DNA of 64,000 nucleotides, from positions 60,986,788 to 61,050,787 of the forward strand of contig CM120640.1 in NCBI GenBank assembly GCA_051362555.1. Direction: 5' to 3'. Both the position numbers and the translations under genes were made by a program. Positions 23,253 through 36,400 of this stretch are shown here, in pieces. Source of the stretch: Lingula anatina. Lineage: Eukaryota; Animalia; Brachiopoda. Each line of letters begins with the position of its first letter. The stretch's first letter is position 1. A model generated the notes under the pieces. It did no database searches and was not told the origin of the DNA. It saw nothing but the letters and a program-made list of their open reading frames with translations.

Positions 23253-26200
23253 TTTTTGGCATATGGTACATGTATATGAATGAAACCACTAGGACAGACA
23301 CCTGAAAAAATGACAAACTTTAAAAAAGGAAGAAAAATGCTATGCAAAATCTATTTGATCTTGGAAGTTCAGGGACTTCATAGACTATTCTCTGAGTAAG
23401 TTTTAAAATCTAAGAACTACGGCAATTACTTATTAAAATTAATAAAATTATTTTATTAATTTTAAATATAATTACAAACTGCCATCAGATGAATACCTCT
23501 ACTTTAGGGGAAAGAACAATGTCAGAAGTAATGATCCAAATTTCCATTTATGCATAGCTGAAGAACACAGGCAAAAGTAGGCTGAAACTCAACATTTAGG
23601 GATTTTTTTTTTTCAATATATGATGCGTAAATAATCAGTAGCACCTACTGAAGTTTTACGGCACCTGCAGACCCGCACAGTAAAAAGCTTTTCAGATGTA
23701 CATTGTCATGGTGGCTAATTTAAAGAACAGCTTTATTTAATCAGGGATTTCTGTGCATTTGAGATGTAAATCTTTTTTTAATCTAAAAGTTATATTTGCT
23801 GTCTATTAATATAATTTCTATTTGATGGGCAAAATGTCCTAACAGTATGAAGGTTTGATATTTCTTTGGTTCTGTGCTGTCAAGGTACATTGGTCAAATT
23901 CAGATATATTGAAAAGAATTATTTTCGACAATGTAGCTCAGTGGAATACATTTTTCTTCTTTAGATCTTGGTATAGGTCCATCTTTGTTCGACTTATTTT
24001 TTGCCTGAGTGAATTGATCTCAAGTTTCTCTAAAGATGATCCCATTCTCATATCCTCTTTCAGTAGAATTGATAAGAGGAGAGTGTAAGGTGGATCTTGA
24101 TTTCTACAGAACAATAATATGCCTCCTTTAAAACTAGGAAGAATCTTATTGTTTTTCAGGCTAAGGACACATATTATTAGTATTCATTACCCTTATTGCG
24201 TGACCTTTAGTATTTGTTAAAGTTGTAATTTATTTATAATTGAAAATTGTCTAAAGGACAGGTTTTATAAGAAAATCAAACATATAAAAAGAAAAAAGAA
24301 ACACTTGATAAACATTTTAAATGATTAATGGTGCACTGTAGTTGCTTCTCATAAGAAAACAAATTTAGATAGAACTCTTAGAAAAGTGCACCTTCAGAAT
24401 TCTGTATTGTCTCATTCATTGTTAAAGATTGAAATTATAGATATATTGTTTTCTAATAAGCCTAGGGTTGGTTTATTTCATCCAGGTTACATTATCTCCT
24501 TTAGGAAATATGATAAATAATGTTTTTTTCTAGGAAACAGTATGGACACATTAAAGTGGATGTAGAAGAAGGAAAGAAAGAAAATCGATCCCTAGGTGTG
24601 CAAGATTTGTCACTGTCATCTTTCGTCAAAGTCTATCGAAAAGCTGACATCTACATGGTTGAGAGTTTGCACAAAGAAATGATGGGTAAGACATAAATAT
24701 GTGCATTTGATTCTTCTTTTTTATTTTTTCAATTTAACAAGATCAGGTGGAATTTATATTTTCTAGAAGACCTACGTTTTTATGTGATTAAAGTTATTTG
24801 TGCAGCTACTGAGACTGGGTTGCAATGAACACAGTCATTTTGAATTAACATTGTGAGGTGCCTGTCAGCAGTGGATATTAGCTGGCTTTAAAAGATGATT
24901 GTAAGAATAAAAGGTTCCAAGGTTTTATTTGACATGCTATATGAATGAGTAGTATTAGAAAACTTGTAACAGAAATGACCAATGTTGTTGCAGTGCTGTG
25001 AACCATTTTACTGAGGCTACAACATGCATTTTTTCCTAGCATTTGTGGAATGAAGAAAGATCAAAACCTCATTCTAATCAGTGTTGTATTTCAGATGAGT
25101 TCCACCTTCCCAAGCCTATCCTGTGTGGAGGGTACACTAGGTTTCTGCAGGATGCTGTGATCTGGTTCAGCAGTGGAGGAACAAAGTCGGTGCTGCATTT
25201 TGACAATATTGACAATATTAACTGTCTCATGGATGGATCCAAGGAATTAATATTCATTGATAAGGTATGGTGTTTGGTCATCTTTTAGGATTATTAATAA
25301 AGAACCGAAAGTTATTATCAAAAACTGGACAAATAAGATCAAAGTTAGCTGTGGTGTCAGCAATGAAGAAATGTCTCAATGACTTGATATCACCCTGAGG
25401 TGTCTTCATGGGTGTTGATCAAGATATGATATGTAATAAATACATAATCTTCTCTCAGAGCTGACACTGCAGATATCAGTTATATTTTAATATAACATGA
25501 AAACAGTTGAATACCTTCAGTACAACAGGGCATGGTTAAGCTTTGTAATTGAGAAGAAATTAGTCATTGTTGGCTCCATGACCATTATCTATATCTTGAA
25601 ATATCTGATATTATAAAGTTTGTTACTGAGGTGGTTTTTATCAAATTTGATGAAAAATTAAAAATTCTGATAAATTATTGGTATATTGTTATCATCAAGT
25701 AGGGTAATCATGTAGTATTTCAACATTTTATTGTAATGATGTATTATTGAATTTCTTTCAGAAATATAAAGACTTAGTAGAAAAAGATGGTTTCGTTGAA
25801 AAAGGAAGTTACAGCTCAGTAGATATTGAAAAAGTAGACATGGAGAAATTTCCAGGGTTCAGAAATGTTCCCTGGTGGACAGCTAGTATGGAGAAGGGAG
25901 ACTGTCTATTTATACCTTCTAGATGGTACCATCATGTTTCCTCTGCTGGACCCCGTAATCTTGCCATTAACATCTGGTTCTCCCATCTTCCTAAGTTCAA
26001 TCAGACGGACTGCAAAGAGAAGGGGGAGCTTCCAGAATCTCTTCCTCTCAACAAATTCACAATTCATTCACTGGACTCCAGTGAGATGAGCAGGTATGTG
26101 TTTTTTTCCACGTATTTACAGGTAAACTGTCAAGTGGTGTTTTAAACTTAAATGAAATGATAAGACTGATACAGATGTGCTTTTTAACGTAAATGAGTCA

Positions 26201-27226
26201 TCAATGGGTATGTAATTTTCCTTTTTAGAATGTCATTTGTGGAGATGTTTTCACCCTTTGAAGACAAAGAGGAAATAAGTGTAGAAGAATACATAGCAAC
26301 CATGAAAAAAGTATATCAGAACTACATTGATCATCAAGAAGTTATGGAGGTGAGTGGTGGCTTGACCCACTGCATTAGGGCATGTTACATTGTCAGCTCA
26401 GTTTTCACACATTTGCAGACTGCAATTTTCTCTTTTTACTTTCATGTAATGTGTGTGCCTGCATGTTTATATTTGAACTTGGTTTAGGAGTGAAAATTAA
26501 AGGGTCAGACTAAAGGGATAACAACTGTTCATTTTGGCTAAAAAATGAATTTTCCTGGGGTAAACAACAATATCCCATTCTTACTAATACCAATGGCTAA
26601 TGAATCCATTTCTACATTCAAATTTAGTCCCTACTTTTTTTTTCTAGAAAGTTCACTTTTTTTGTAATGATCTCTTAAGAGATTATTACAGACTATAGCC
26701 ATCTATGGAGGTCATGGTCGGATGACAAGCACAGATTTTACAATAATTGTTTTAACTGCCATTTTTAGTGTTGAAATAGAGTATATTATATTTCCTTGAG
26801 TTGTATGCAATGTTTTTATTGTGAAATATAGATTTCATACGAAGAGTTGTTATCCCTTTAATCATTATTTTTCTCTTCTGTAAATCTTTTCATCTCTTCA
26901 TGTTCCACGAAAAGGTGTGCCCTCTTAGTTTCTGTTCAACTAAATTTGTAGGAAAAGAAGAACTTAAAGCCAAACTTTTTATGAAGGGAAAATGTGGTAA
27001 AAGACTGAGATGTAAGTGTTTATTGCAACTGTAATAGATTAGATCATTGGTATATTTACAGATATTTGGTTTTCTGGATCTTAATCATGACATGGTTCTC
27101 CAGTGGGATGAGCTGCTGACTTTTAATATTGATGACTTCATTAAAGAATTTCCCTTTGTTTTTGGAGAAGATGATGGAGATATGGAAGAAGAACCAAAAG
27201 ATTTTGGAAAACATGAGGAATTGTAG
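22667..27226 (+). CDS. JmjC (Cupin_8-type) 2-oxoglutarate/Fe(II) oxygenase with signal peptide, EF-hand and C-terminal KHEEL; paralog 1, ~399 aa
   Basis: Exons 22667-22926, 24534-24685, 25095-25264, 25762-26093, 26229-26349, 27062-27226 splice in frame. Hydrophobic N-terminus; KPLLFKG...WTDEYL; IWFSSGGTKSVLHFD (HxD); GDCLFIPSRWYHHV (distal His); EF loop DLNHDMVLQWDE; ends KHEEL*. Confidence 0.9.
23213..23250. repeat. (CA)n microsatellite
   Basis: Directly visible in JmjC-1 intron 1. Confidence 0.95.
26511..26861. mobile_element. ~350-bp non-autonomous DNA element with TIRs, Kolobok-like, in JmjC-1 intron 5
   Basis: Ends TAAAGGGATAACAACTGTTC ... GAAGAGTTGTTATCCCTTTAA (TTAA-type flank with AGGG...CCCT ends). 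Its first ~210 bp match 43739-43934 in reverse orientation. Confidence 0.7.
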
Positions 27227-29128
27227 ATTTTATATCTGATGAGATTATCATGTTAGACAAGTTAACATTTTTTTTTTATGTACATTGGTAAAATGTTCAT
27301 TAAGTCTCTATTTTTGTATGATTTAATTTGTGGATATCATGAAAACCCAGTGTTCATATTATTAGGTTCATACTGACTTTAGACTTAAAAGAATATTTAA
27401 CCAGTATATTTTCCTTCATTTTGGAACATTGTTAATTGTATAAAATATTTTTGGTCCTTTCTTTCATATTATTCAATTCTTTTGTATCAGTGATATTTTA
27501 CTGCAGCTGAAGTTATTTAACGTATTAATAATTACAGATAATTAAGCAAACTTTCTTTGAGATAGAGAACCTGTTCTTATAGTTTATGTTAAAGTTTTTA
27601 TTGAATATTAATGGTAAATTTGAACCATATGAATGTTTAGCTTGATACATTATTCAGATAGAGGATTAAGTGGACAAGAAATGTAGAGTTTAATTAATCT
27701 GAGAGAATCTTTTTCACAATATATCATTTTTTCATCTGAAAACACCACAAGTGTTAATGTTTTATAATATATATTGAAATATTTGTGCAATATTGTTATT
27801 ACAGTAAAAAAAGCCTGGTTTGCTACAATGTTTTAACATGTTAACAAAGATTTTATTTTGATAGAGAATGTGATAAAGTTGTTATTACACCTGCAGGTGT
27901 AAAGTTATGTAAGCAAGTGTTTGTATTTATTATTAGTTGTTGGTGAACAACGAGACCATTTTTGAACATTCAAGACTGGTTGGGTAGGCATTTTTTTATT
28001 AAGAATGATTGTGGTAAATAAAAAGAATTATTTAACAAAAGAAAAATGAAAAAAAGGAAGTTATCAAACTGCTTTTGACAGAAAATATTAATTGGGAAAT
28101 GGGTTTTTATTTGTGAGGATAAAATGGTGCATAACTGCAATTTATGTTGTTATTCAGAAAATAAAATCCATAAGAAAATACACTTTAACTGTCTAAGTTA
28201 ATCAATTTCTGAAACCAATTTCAAAGTGCAAATAGCTTAAATAATTGTGGCCAGGTAGCAGTTTAACTTAACAGGAACATTTACCCCTCATTAGCATTTT
28301 CTTTAAATTACCAATTTCTATAAAACTATATATGAATAAAGGTCTTAGAAAGTGATGAGGGCTGTGGAGTGGGCAAAGGAGACCAAAGAAGTGAACCTAC
28401 CGGTGCCTCCCCGTTTTTCTAGTATTAGTACAGGTTAGTGTTAGCCGTAGTATTGGGTTAGTACATGCATATGGGCGAATGTGACCTGTCACCGACCTGT
28501 ACAAAGTAATGAGGAACGGACTACAGTACAGTTCCTAGCGTGCTACCCCCCACCCCCCCACCCCCATTGCCAATCTACGAAAATATTTGAAAGTAAAATT
28601 TCTAAAGTTATGGCCTTTTACGCAGAACAAAAAATTTACCAGACGCACAAACGAGCAGACCGAAATTTTCGCAAGTAGGCCTAACCTCATCTGGCGACAC
28701 TGACCCGGCGAATTTCACGTGCAGCTTTGTTGACATTTTCTGCAGCAAATTGTATGCTGGTCAACGATTGGTTGATAATAATTTACAAGCATGGATAACA
28801 ACAGCTCGAGATTCAAGCAACCACAGACATTTCACCGGATACCGGCTGGTTGCATGTAGGCGTTCTTCCTCGACTATTTAATTCAACATGTACGTGATAA
28901 CACTGTCATAGGTATAAGGCAGTAAGCCCAGAGAATTTTATGCTCAAAGAATTTTTGTTTTAATTATTATTACGGGTTCCCCAGCACACGGCAGACCACT
29001 GTCCACAAGCACTACTAGGTACTCAAGGTGTGATGACATTGGGTAATTTGTTGTGTTCTGTCACGTACAGCCGGATACGACATAGCAAGACAGAGATGGG
29101 AATGCAATAATAAACCAATAGAAAGAAA

Positions 29129-31998
29129 ATGTTTGTCTTTGTTTTTATAACTTGTTTCTTCTTGTCTGAAAACAATGCGGAAGAGATTCCAGGACATTTG
29201 CTGTATCTAGGTTCACATCAGCCAGCAGAGGGGACAATTGAGGTCACTGACACATGGCCTGATCCAGAAACATTTTATAAAACCTATGTTGAACCTGGGA
29301 AGCCACTGCTGTTTAAAGGAAAGGCCAAAGGAATACCAGCATATAACCTATGGACCGATGATTATCTCCGGTTGGTACAGTATATATTCAAATTTGTCTC
29401 TCTGTAACATTGCTTAAGACATAATTATTAATTCTTTTATGCAGAAACGAAAGTAACATGCAATGAATATGAAGAGATGAACTCCCCTTACTGAAATATT
29501 TTGGCAAATAGTTATTGGTGTCACAAAATTTCAATTGCTTCGCTTGATGAAAATGATGCTGAAAATATGAATTTAAATTAAAATCAAGACATCATTAAGT
29601 TACCCCCTGTTTGCAGTATGCTCACCTGGTGATTTTGAAGGAGGTTCTTGTCATGTACAGTAATTTCAGAAAAGCAGCATAAGTGTTTTTTAATCTAAAC
29701 AATTGTAATCTTGCAATTTTAAACTGGGATGTGCAAATGAAATTGATTTGTCTGTTTGATTTCTTTATACATTAGTGTGCTTCATTATTCCTTCAAAACA
29801 TTTTCTTGAAATTGTTCATTAAAATATTGTCTTCAGTGTGGCGGTTTGTGTTTAGTATGAACCTGATAAAAATATTTTAATTTTAGAAAACAGTATGGGC
29901 AACTAGAAGTAGAAGCAGAGGTGGGAAAGAAAGAAGACAGGAGAGGCAATTTAAGAACAATGCTTTTGTCATCATTCCTGGGAAATTACCAGAAGGCGGA
30001 TATTTACATGGTCCAAAATATGCTTCCAGAAATGATGGGTAGGTCACCCTCTATGGCATTTGATTAAAACAGTTGATTATACTTCCAAAGAGAGTTTTGT
30101 CATAATCCAGTATGACAGTACAGTGTACTTATCTTTGACCTTTTTCTTACAGTAATGTGCAATATTAGAAACAATGTTGTGCCAACCAGTAAGTAAATTC
30201 TTTTTTTTTTTTTTTTTTGGTATAAGCATATCAAAAAAAGCTTTCTTGACTAAAATGATAAATCCAGATTTGCATCTAAAGCTAAATCACAAACAGAACA
30301 GAAATTACTGTGTTTCAGGTGATTTCCACATCCCCAAGCCTATCCTGTGTGGAGGGTACACTAGGTTTCTGCAGGATGCTGTGATCTGGTTCAGCAGTGG
30401 AGGAACAAAGTCGGTGCTGCATTTTGACAATATTGACAATATTAACTGTCTTTTAGATGGATCCAAAGAATTGATATTCATTGATAAGGTCAGTTAAATT
30501 ATTGCCAAACTGATCCCAATACTTATATTTTAAAGGTTAAAGTAAGAGTCATTATCTTGACTTCACTGCAAGGTCATTTGTTAGTCTGGCTGTTGAAACA
30601 ACTCTGGGTTGTATTAAGGTGTGGGTCTGTATAAAGTTCTGGGACCCATTTGCTATTCTATTTATTATAACAACCTGTATGGTTTTTAAATATATATATT
30701 TTTTAACTTTTGTTTTAGAAATATAGCCATTTAGTGGAAAAGGATGGTTTTAAAGAAGACGGTAGTTACAGCACAGTAGATGTTGAAAAAGTAGACATGG
30801 AAAAATTTCCAGGGTTCAGAAATGTGCCCTGGTGGACAGCTAGTATGGAGAAGGGAGACTGTCTTTTTATACCTTCTAGATGGTACCATCATGTTTCCTC
30901 TGCTGGCCCCCGTAATCTTGCCATCAACATCTGGTTCTCCCATCTTCCTAAGTTCAATCAGACGGACTGCAAAGAGAAGGGGGAGCTTCCAGAATCTCTT
31001 CCTCTCAACAAGTTCACAATTCATTCACTTGACTCCAATGAGCAGCCTAGGTAGTCATGCACCAGCTCCTCCTCTTTTGATATATTTAAATAGGGATGAA
31101 TAATGCATTGATCAGTGTGCCTCATAGTACTATTTTTCATGCTTTTTATCTCTGTGATGATAAAAGCATGCCAGGATTTTTTTAAATGTAGATGGTTGAT
31201 CTAATGCCACTAAGAGGTTTTCAGATGTTAAAATAAAGTAAAATTTTAACCATGGCAAAATGACACCTGATTATGTTGTTTATTAATAATGCTTTTGTTG
31301 CATTCTGCTGCATGTTAAAATTATTTTTGTGTATGGTCTTTTAGGTCTGAGTTCTTAGAAATTTTCCATCCATTTGAAGAACGAGATACAATCAGTGTGG
31401 AAGAATATATGGATGCTGTGCGGGCTGCATACGATGTCAATAATCAAGAACTGATGGACGTAGGAATTTATGTTACTTTATAAGCAATAAAACAACTGAA
31501 AATGATGACACTATATATATTGTCTTGTTTTTAGCTTACTTTAAAAAAACTACTATTAACAGTTTTGAAAGATTTAATATATTTGTGTTAAATTGGCATT
31601 CATAGTCATTTTGTACAAATAATAGTATAGTACAAATACCACTAACTGGTATCATCATTATGGAAACACCCCACTTTTATAAAGAGTAAACATTGCTTTT
31701 AAATGAGTATTAAAATACATGAAGTTAAAGCTTAAGAAAAGAAAATGTTCATCAAAATGACAGACAAAAATAGCAGGCAGGTGCAAAATGTATGCGGCAA
31801 GTTGGACATCTTAATGTGACATTGCTATTTATCAATTTGCAGATGTTTGGGTTCCTGGATATAAATCATGACATGACTCTCGACTGGGAGGAGTTGTTCA
31901 CATTTGACATTGATAAGTTTATCATGGAATTCCCATTCCTGTTTAACATGACTGAAGAAGAGGAGACACAAGGACCTTTGCATCATGAAGAATTATAA
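29129..31998 (+). CDS. JmjC (Cupin_8-type) oxygenase with signal peptide, EF-hand and C-terminal HHEEL; paralog 2, ~388 aa
   Basis: Exons 29129-29370, 29887-30038, 30319-30488, 30719-31050, 31345-31459, 31843-31998. Same phases as paralog 1 and identical lengths for exons 2-4. HFD and WYHHV intact; EF loop DINHDMTLDWEE; ends HHEEL*. Confidence 0.9.
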
Positions 31999-33474
31999 AC
32001 ATATTAGGTTGTGTGACTGAATGCCAACAGGAAAAGAAGGGCAAGCAATTAAGTTAACAGGTCATCTGGCTATCTACATGAAAGATGCAGAAGTTTGGAT
32101 CTAATCCAGACTTGTATTTTCAAAATATAACATAAGTGCTGATATCAAGGTGCCATAGTAATTGAAAACATGCTCGAATGGCACTCCTTGTAAACAAACT
32201 TTAAAAGAGTCAAAATAACAATTTGTAGTGAATGAGATTTGTATAATGTAAGTCACTGACTGTTTATGGTCTTATTAAAGTTATTTGAGTTCACAGGCAG
32301 CAATCAGCATGTTATATAAGCTTTCTGTATTATCAGATTACCTGAACATCTTTGTGTAAATGACCTTGTGCATCACCTACTGTCTCATTTTAGGCTATCG
32401 TAGTTGTTTCCCATTCCAATAAAGCAGTTACTGCAGGTGTCATGAACAGAGCTTAAAGTGTTTTATTTTTTAAATCTATTTATTTATTTATTTAAATAAT
32501 CTGTCAAAAAAAAGAAAATGAAGAAAAGTGATTTGATAATTAAATACTTGGCACATAAAAATATATTTGCTTCAAATGAGGATGAAAAATAAAAACTCAT
32601 CAACTTAAATCAAGTTTTCTTTGTATCTCACATAAAATCTCTGCATAGATGCCAGACAGAATTTTAACTTCAACAGTAGGAATGATCACTGATATTATCT
32701 GAACCTGCCACAGAAAATTTGGTTTTAATGTTTTTAAACTAATGTGCTCACGGTGCAGATACATCAACCTTTACTGGCACTACCTTTCTCTGCAGGCCCT
32801 TGATAAAGGAAAACATCTTGTTGCATGCTATAATCAGTTATGAGGAGGGAGGCTGCAGACGGAAGAATCACTTTTGTCACCTTTGGTGAGCAAAACTAAA
32901 GAACATTGCAAAAAAAAAAAAGGGTCGCATCAAAAAGGTTAAATCCACCTACATTGTGAACACAACTTCAGTTTGAGAAAAATTAATCTCTCTGTCTTGA
33001 CAAAAGAGTTGGTGACTCGAAATACACTGTGCCACCAAAATATTACTACTCTACCATCCTTCACTGAAATCACAGCAAATCTTGAAAGAACTTCGCCTTG
33101 AAAGTTCAAGTATAGTAGCTCAGCAATCTACATAATTTTCATAAAATATAGACAAAATTTGATATTTTTTCACTGAAGTGGACTGCAGCAATATTTATAA
33201 CAAAAAAAAAATGAAACTGCTGTACAACTTAACTAACTCTAACACATAACTTGTACTTGTGCCAAAAAGAACTGATATAATCCTCAGAACTTGGCTCAGA
33301 ATTAGTGGTCCCAGTAAACTGATTTATCCGAATTCTTTCCACAATACAGAAGTTCACTTGTAATATTTGACAAGTTTCCAATGTCTAGAGACATCCAAGA
33401 TCATCCTCCATTTAGTCACCATCCCCCTATATAGTCTTTTTCTGTTTACTAGACATGATATCTCTGCCATGTTT

Positions 33475-36400
33475 TCACCGTGGTGTATGTTTGTTACCCT
33501 GAAACAAAATCTCATAGTCAATTTCTCTCATATGATGTATCTTGCACTCATACTAAATTAACATCTACGACAGAGAGCACATATTAGGACTGAATTACTG
33601 TAACAATCAATCTTTTTTGCGCATTTTGTTGATAAAATCTGTGGAAAATAATTTAAACAAAAAGTTGCAGAGCATACTAAACAATTATATAAGTAAAACA
33701 CTAAGTGGACAAAATGTCACATTACATAAAAAATTGCTTTAAAGCATGGTGTTCAAAGGCATGGTACCAATGGAGAATGTACATTTTTTAAAGCAATCTT
33801 GAAACTCACCTTAAGCTTGTCCAGCTCTGACTTATAAGCATGGACCTTGGAACGTTCTTTTTCTAAATCTGCCCTTAATTCTGTCACCTACAATGAAAAA
33901 AAAACTGGTTGTGAAACTTAACATGTCTTTGATTATTTTACACTGAATGACAACTACAAAGGATTTGACTATAAATCTAAGAAAGCTATTACAGTAAAAA
34001 AAAAAATCTACTTTCAAGAATGGTCAAGTTGATACAGTTTACCATATTTGCCAACTGAAAGATGATCAAGTATAGCATCATACCTCTTCTGTTAGTTCAT
34101 CTTTGACTTGAGTTAGCTGGTCAAGTTGGACTAGAATCTCAGCTTTGCCTTTCACTACAATGCAAATTATTTTAAAATCAAGATCAATTAAAATTGCCAG
34201 ACACAATTGCACCCCACCTCCAAATAAGGGTTGTGTATTAAGTATGAACAGTAATCTCATTTTGTATATGCAAACATTTTGGCTAAGAATAATATAAAAC
34301 TAACTATTGATGTATCCTAACAATCCATATGGCACAGTCAGTGCTTATTTACTTACTTTCTCCTTGACCCAAGATGTGGCATAATTGTTTATTCCTCTTT
34401 TTTACTTGCTTAAGTTCATCCTGTAAACAATTTGTAATTATTTAATTCTTTAACAAATAAATACAAAGCACCCTGCAATAATATTTAATTTTAAAGAACT
34501 TAATACTTAGATTTCTTCTCCATTTCACTGACAGAGAACTTTTTGATCTCACGCTACATGCACATTTTTAACAAGATAATTTATTTGATGCACAAAGTAG
34601 TAAATTTATACTAGTGACTAGAAACATTATAAGTCTGAATTGGACAAAGCATTAACAGCAATATACAACATAACCTACTTCATAGTTTTGTATGGTCGCC
34701 TTTAACTTCATGATTTCTTTGTCCTTGCTCTCCAGTTCATCTTGATATTTGGCAGATATGGCATTTTCTACAGCATATTGCTAAAATAAGAGAAAATAAA
34801 ACCCTTTTATTACATATAGCACAGAATACATATATCCAGGTATTTGAGTTCTGATAAAACACAAAATCTACCGCTGATGACAATGCAAACATAATAAAGA
34901 CCACTGAGGTAACCAATGGTTTTTCAGGAGTATATCATGTCATTAATCACACAACAAACAACATGGTGGATTACAGCACTGCTGCAACTTTTATGTTATC
35001 CTACAGGACACGGACATTCAGGTTGAAATTATAAAGTAAAACAATTTTTGACTTGCACTCAATCTGTTGTTTTGCAGACCTCACAAAAGAATAAATCTTC
35101 TGCTCTGCCTTGGTCCATAAGACTTTTCTGAGGTCTGCAAAACAACATATTGATGTCAGCCGAGGTCAATACTTATATAATATTAGATTCTCCTTCTGAA
35201 AAGAACACTAGAATTGCCCTGGTACTGTTATAAAAAAAATTAATGCAAAAGTGACATATAAGCACAAATAATGTTAAAAGAAACTGCTACTGTCTGGATT
35301 TCAACATATTTCTAATCTGGCTTCATGAACAAACCTTTTTATATTCCTCTTGTATCTTCTCCTTCCTGATGATGTTCCCTGCATCTTGCTCTACTTTATC
35401 AAAAAATTTTCTCTCTTCTTCAACTGCTACTGGTGGTGTTTTCACACTGGTGGCCAGGGGTATAGGAATATCTTCTATTTCTTCTAATGCTAGTGGAAGG
35501 CATAAAATGTAAGTAAAGATTCATGGGAGAACAAAAACATCAGGGATTGTCTTCTGGGTCTTCCAAAAGACAATAGATAATCCTTTTGGAAAATACTTTA
35601 TAAAGAAAATGCATCATGTGCTTTCTGTATTGATTTAGATACATGGCTAGATGAAAATTACACAGCATTTATAGTTCTAAAAAAACTTACAACAATTGCA
35701 TTTGCACTGAAACATTGTAAGGACTGATTTCATTGGGAAAGTTGCATAAATTCAGATTCAGATTTAACTAAATAAGTTAGTTATCAACCAACTGGTTTAT
35801 AGTCTTCCCCCCTCTCTATCCACTATTTTGTCCTCAATAAAAAACTCTCATTCTTAATAATTCATTTAAAGAAGGTAGAAGTAGGGTACAAATAATTTTC
35901 TTATCCTTTTTTCATTAGATATATGTAGAGAAATATGTTTTATGGGAGTGGGTCAATATTTCTCATCTAAATAGTCCTTACACTCTGGATTAGGTTGCCA
36001 TCTTCTGCTGACTGTCTTTTGGGAGGTTTTCCCATATGCCCTGATGCAATACAACATGACTAGACAAACCTGAGAATGATGTTTTCCCATTGATATGTTC
36101 CCCTCCTCCTCCTCTAGATCTGTTAAACTCTTCAAGTGTCATTACTGGTTGAATATTGGCTCTCTTCTTTTTCTTAGGTTTGTTATTCTGGCCTTTGTCT
36201 GTATCTCCTACTCCATCTGTGGCTCTAAGAAACTAAAGAAACAGACTTTAATGGTTAAGGTCCAGTATGCTTACTCAATCTTTCTTGATATAACACCTTT
36301 CAGTTGGTGGTTTGATTATGATAAGCTCAACATTGGTAGCATATAACCTTTCCTGTTTCCAGCACACCAACAAATGTTGTAAGTGTCTCAAATGTCACTG

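Noticed and set aside
22927-23305. C-terminal half of the 212-aa ORF at 22667-23305
   Set aside because: Read-through into intron 1. The donor after 22926 matches paralog 2 and the tail includes the (CA)n repeat.
36070-36232. Suspected frameshift in GKAP1 exon 4
   Set aside because: Careful re-reading gives an open frame (KPKKKKRANIQPVMTLEEF) with correct phases.
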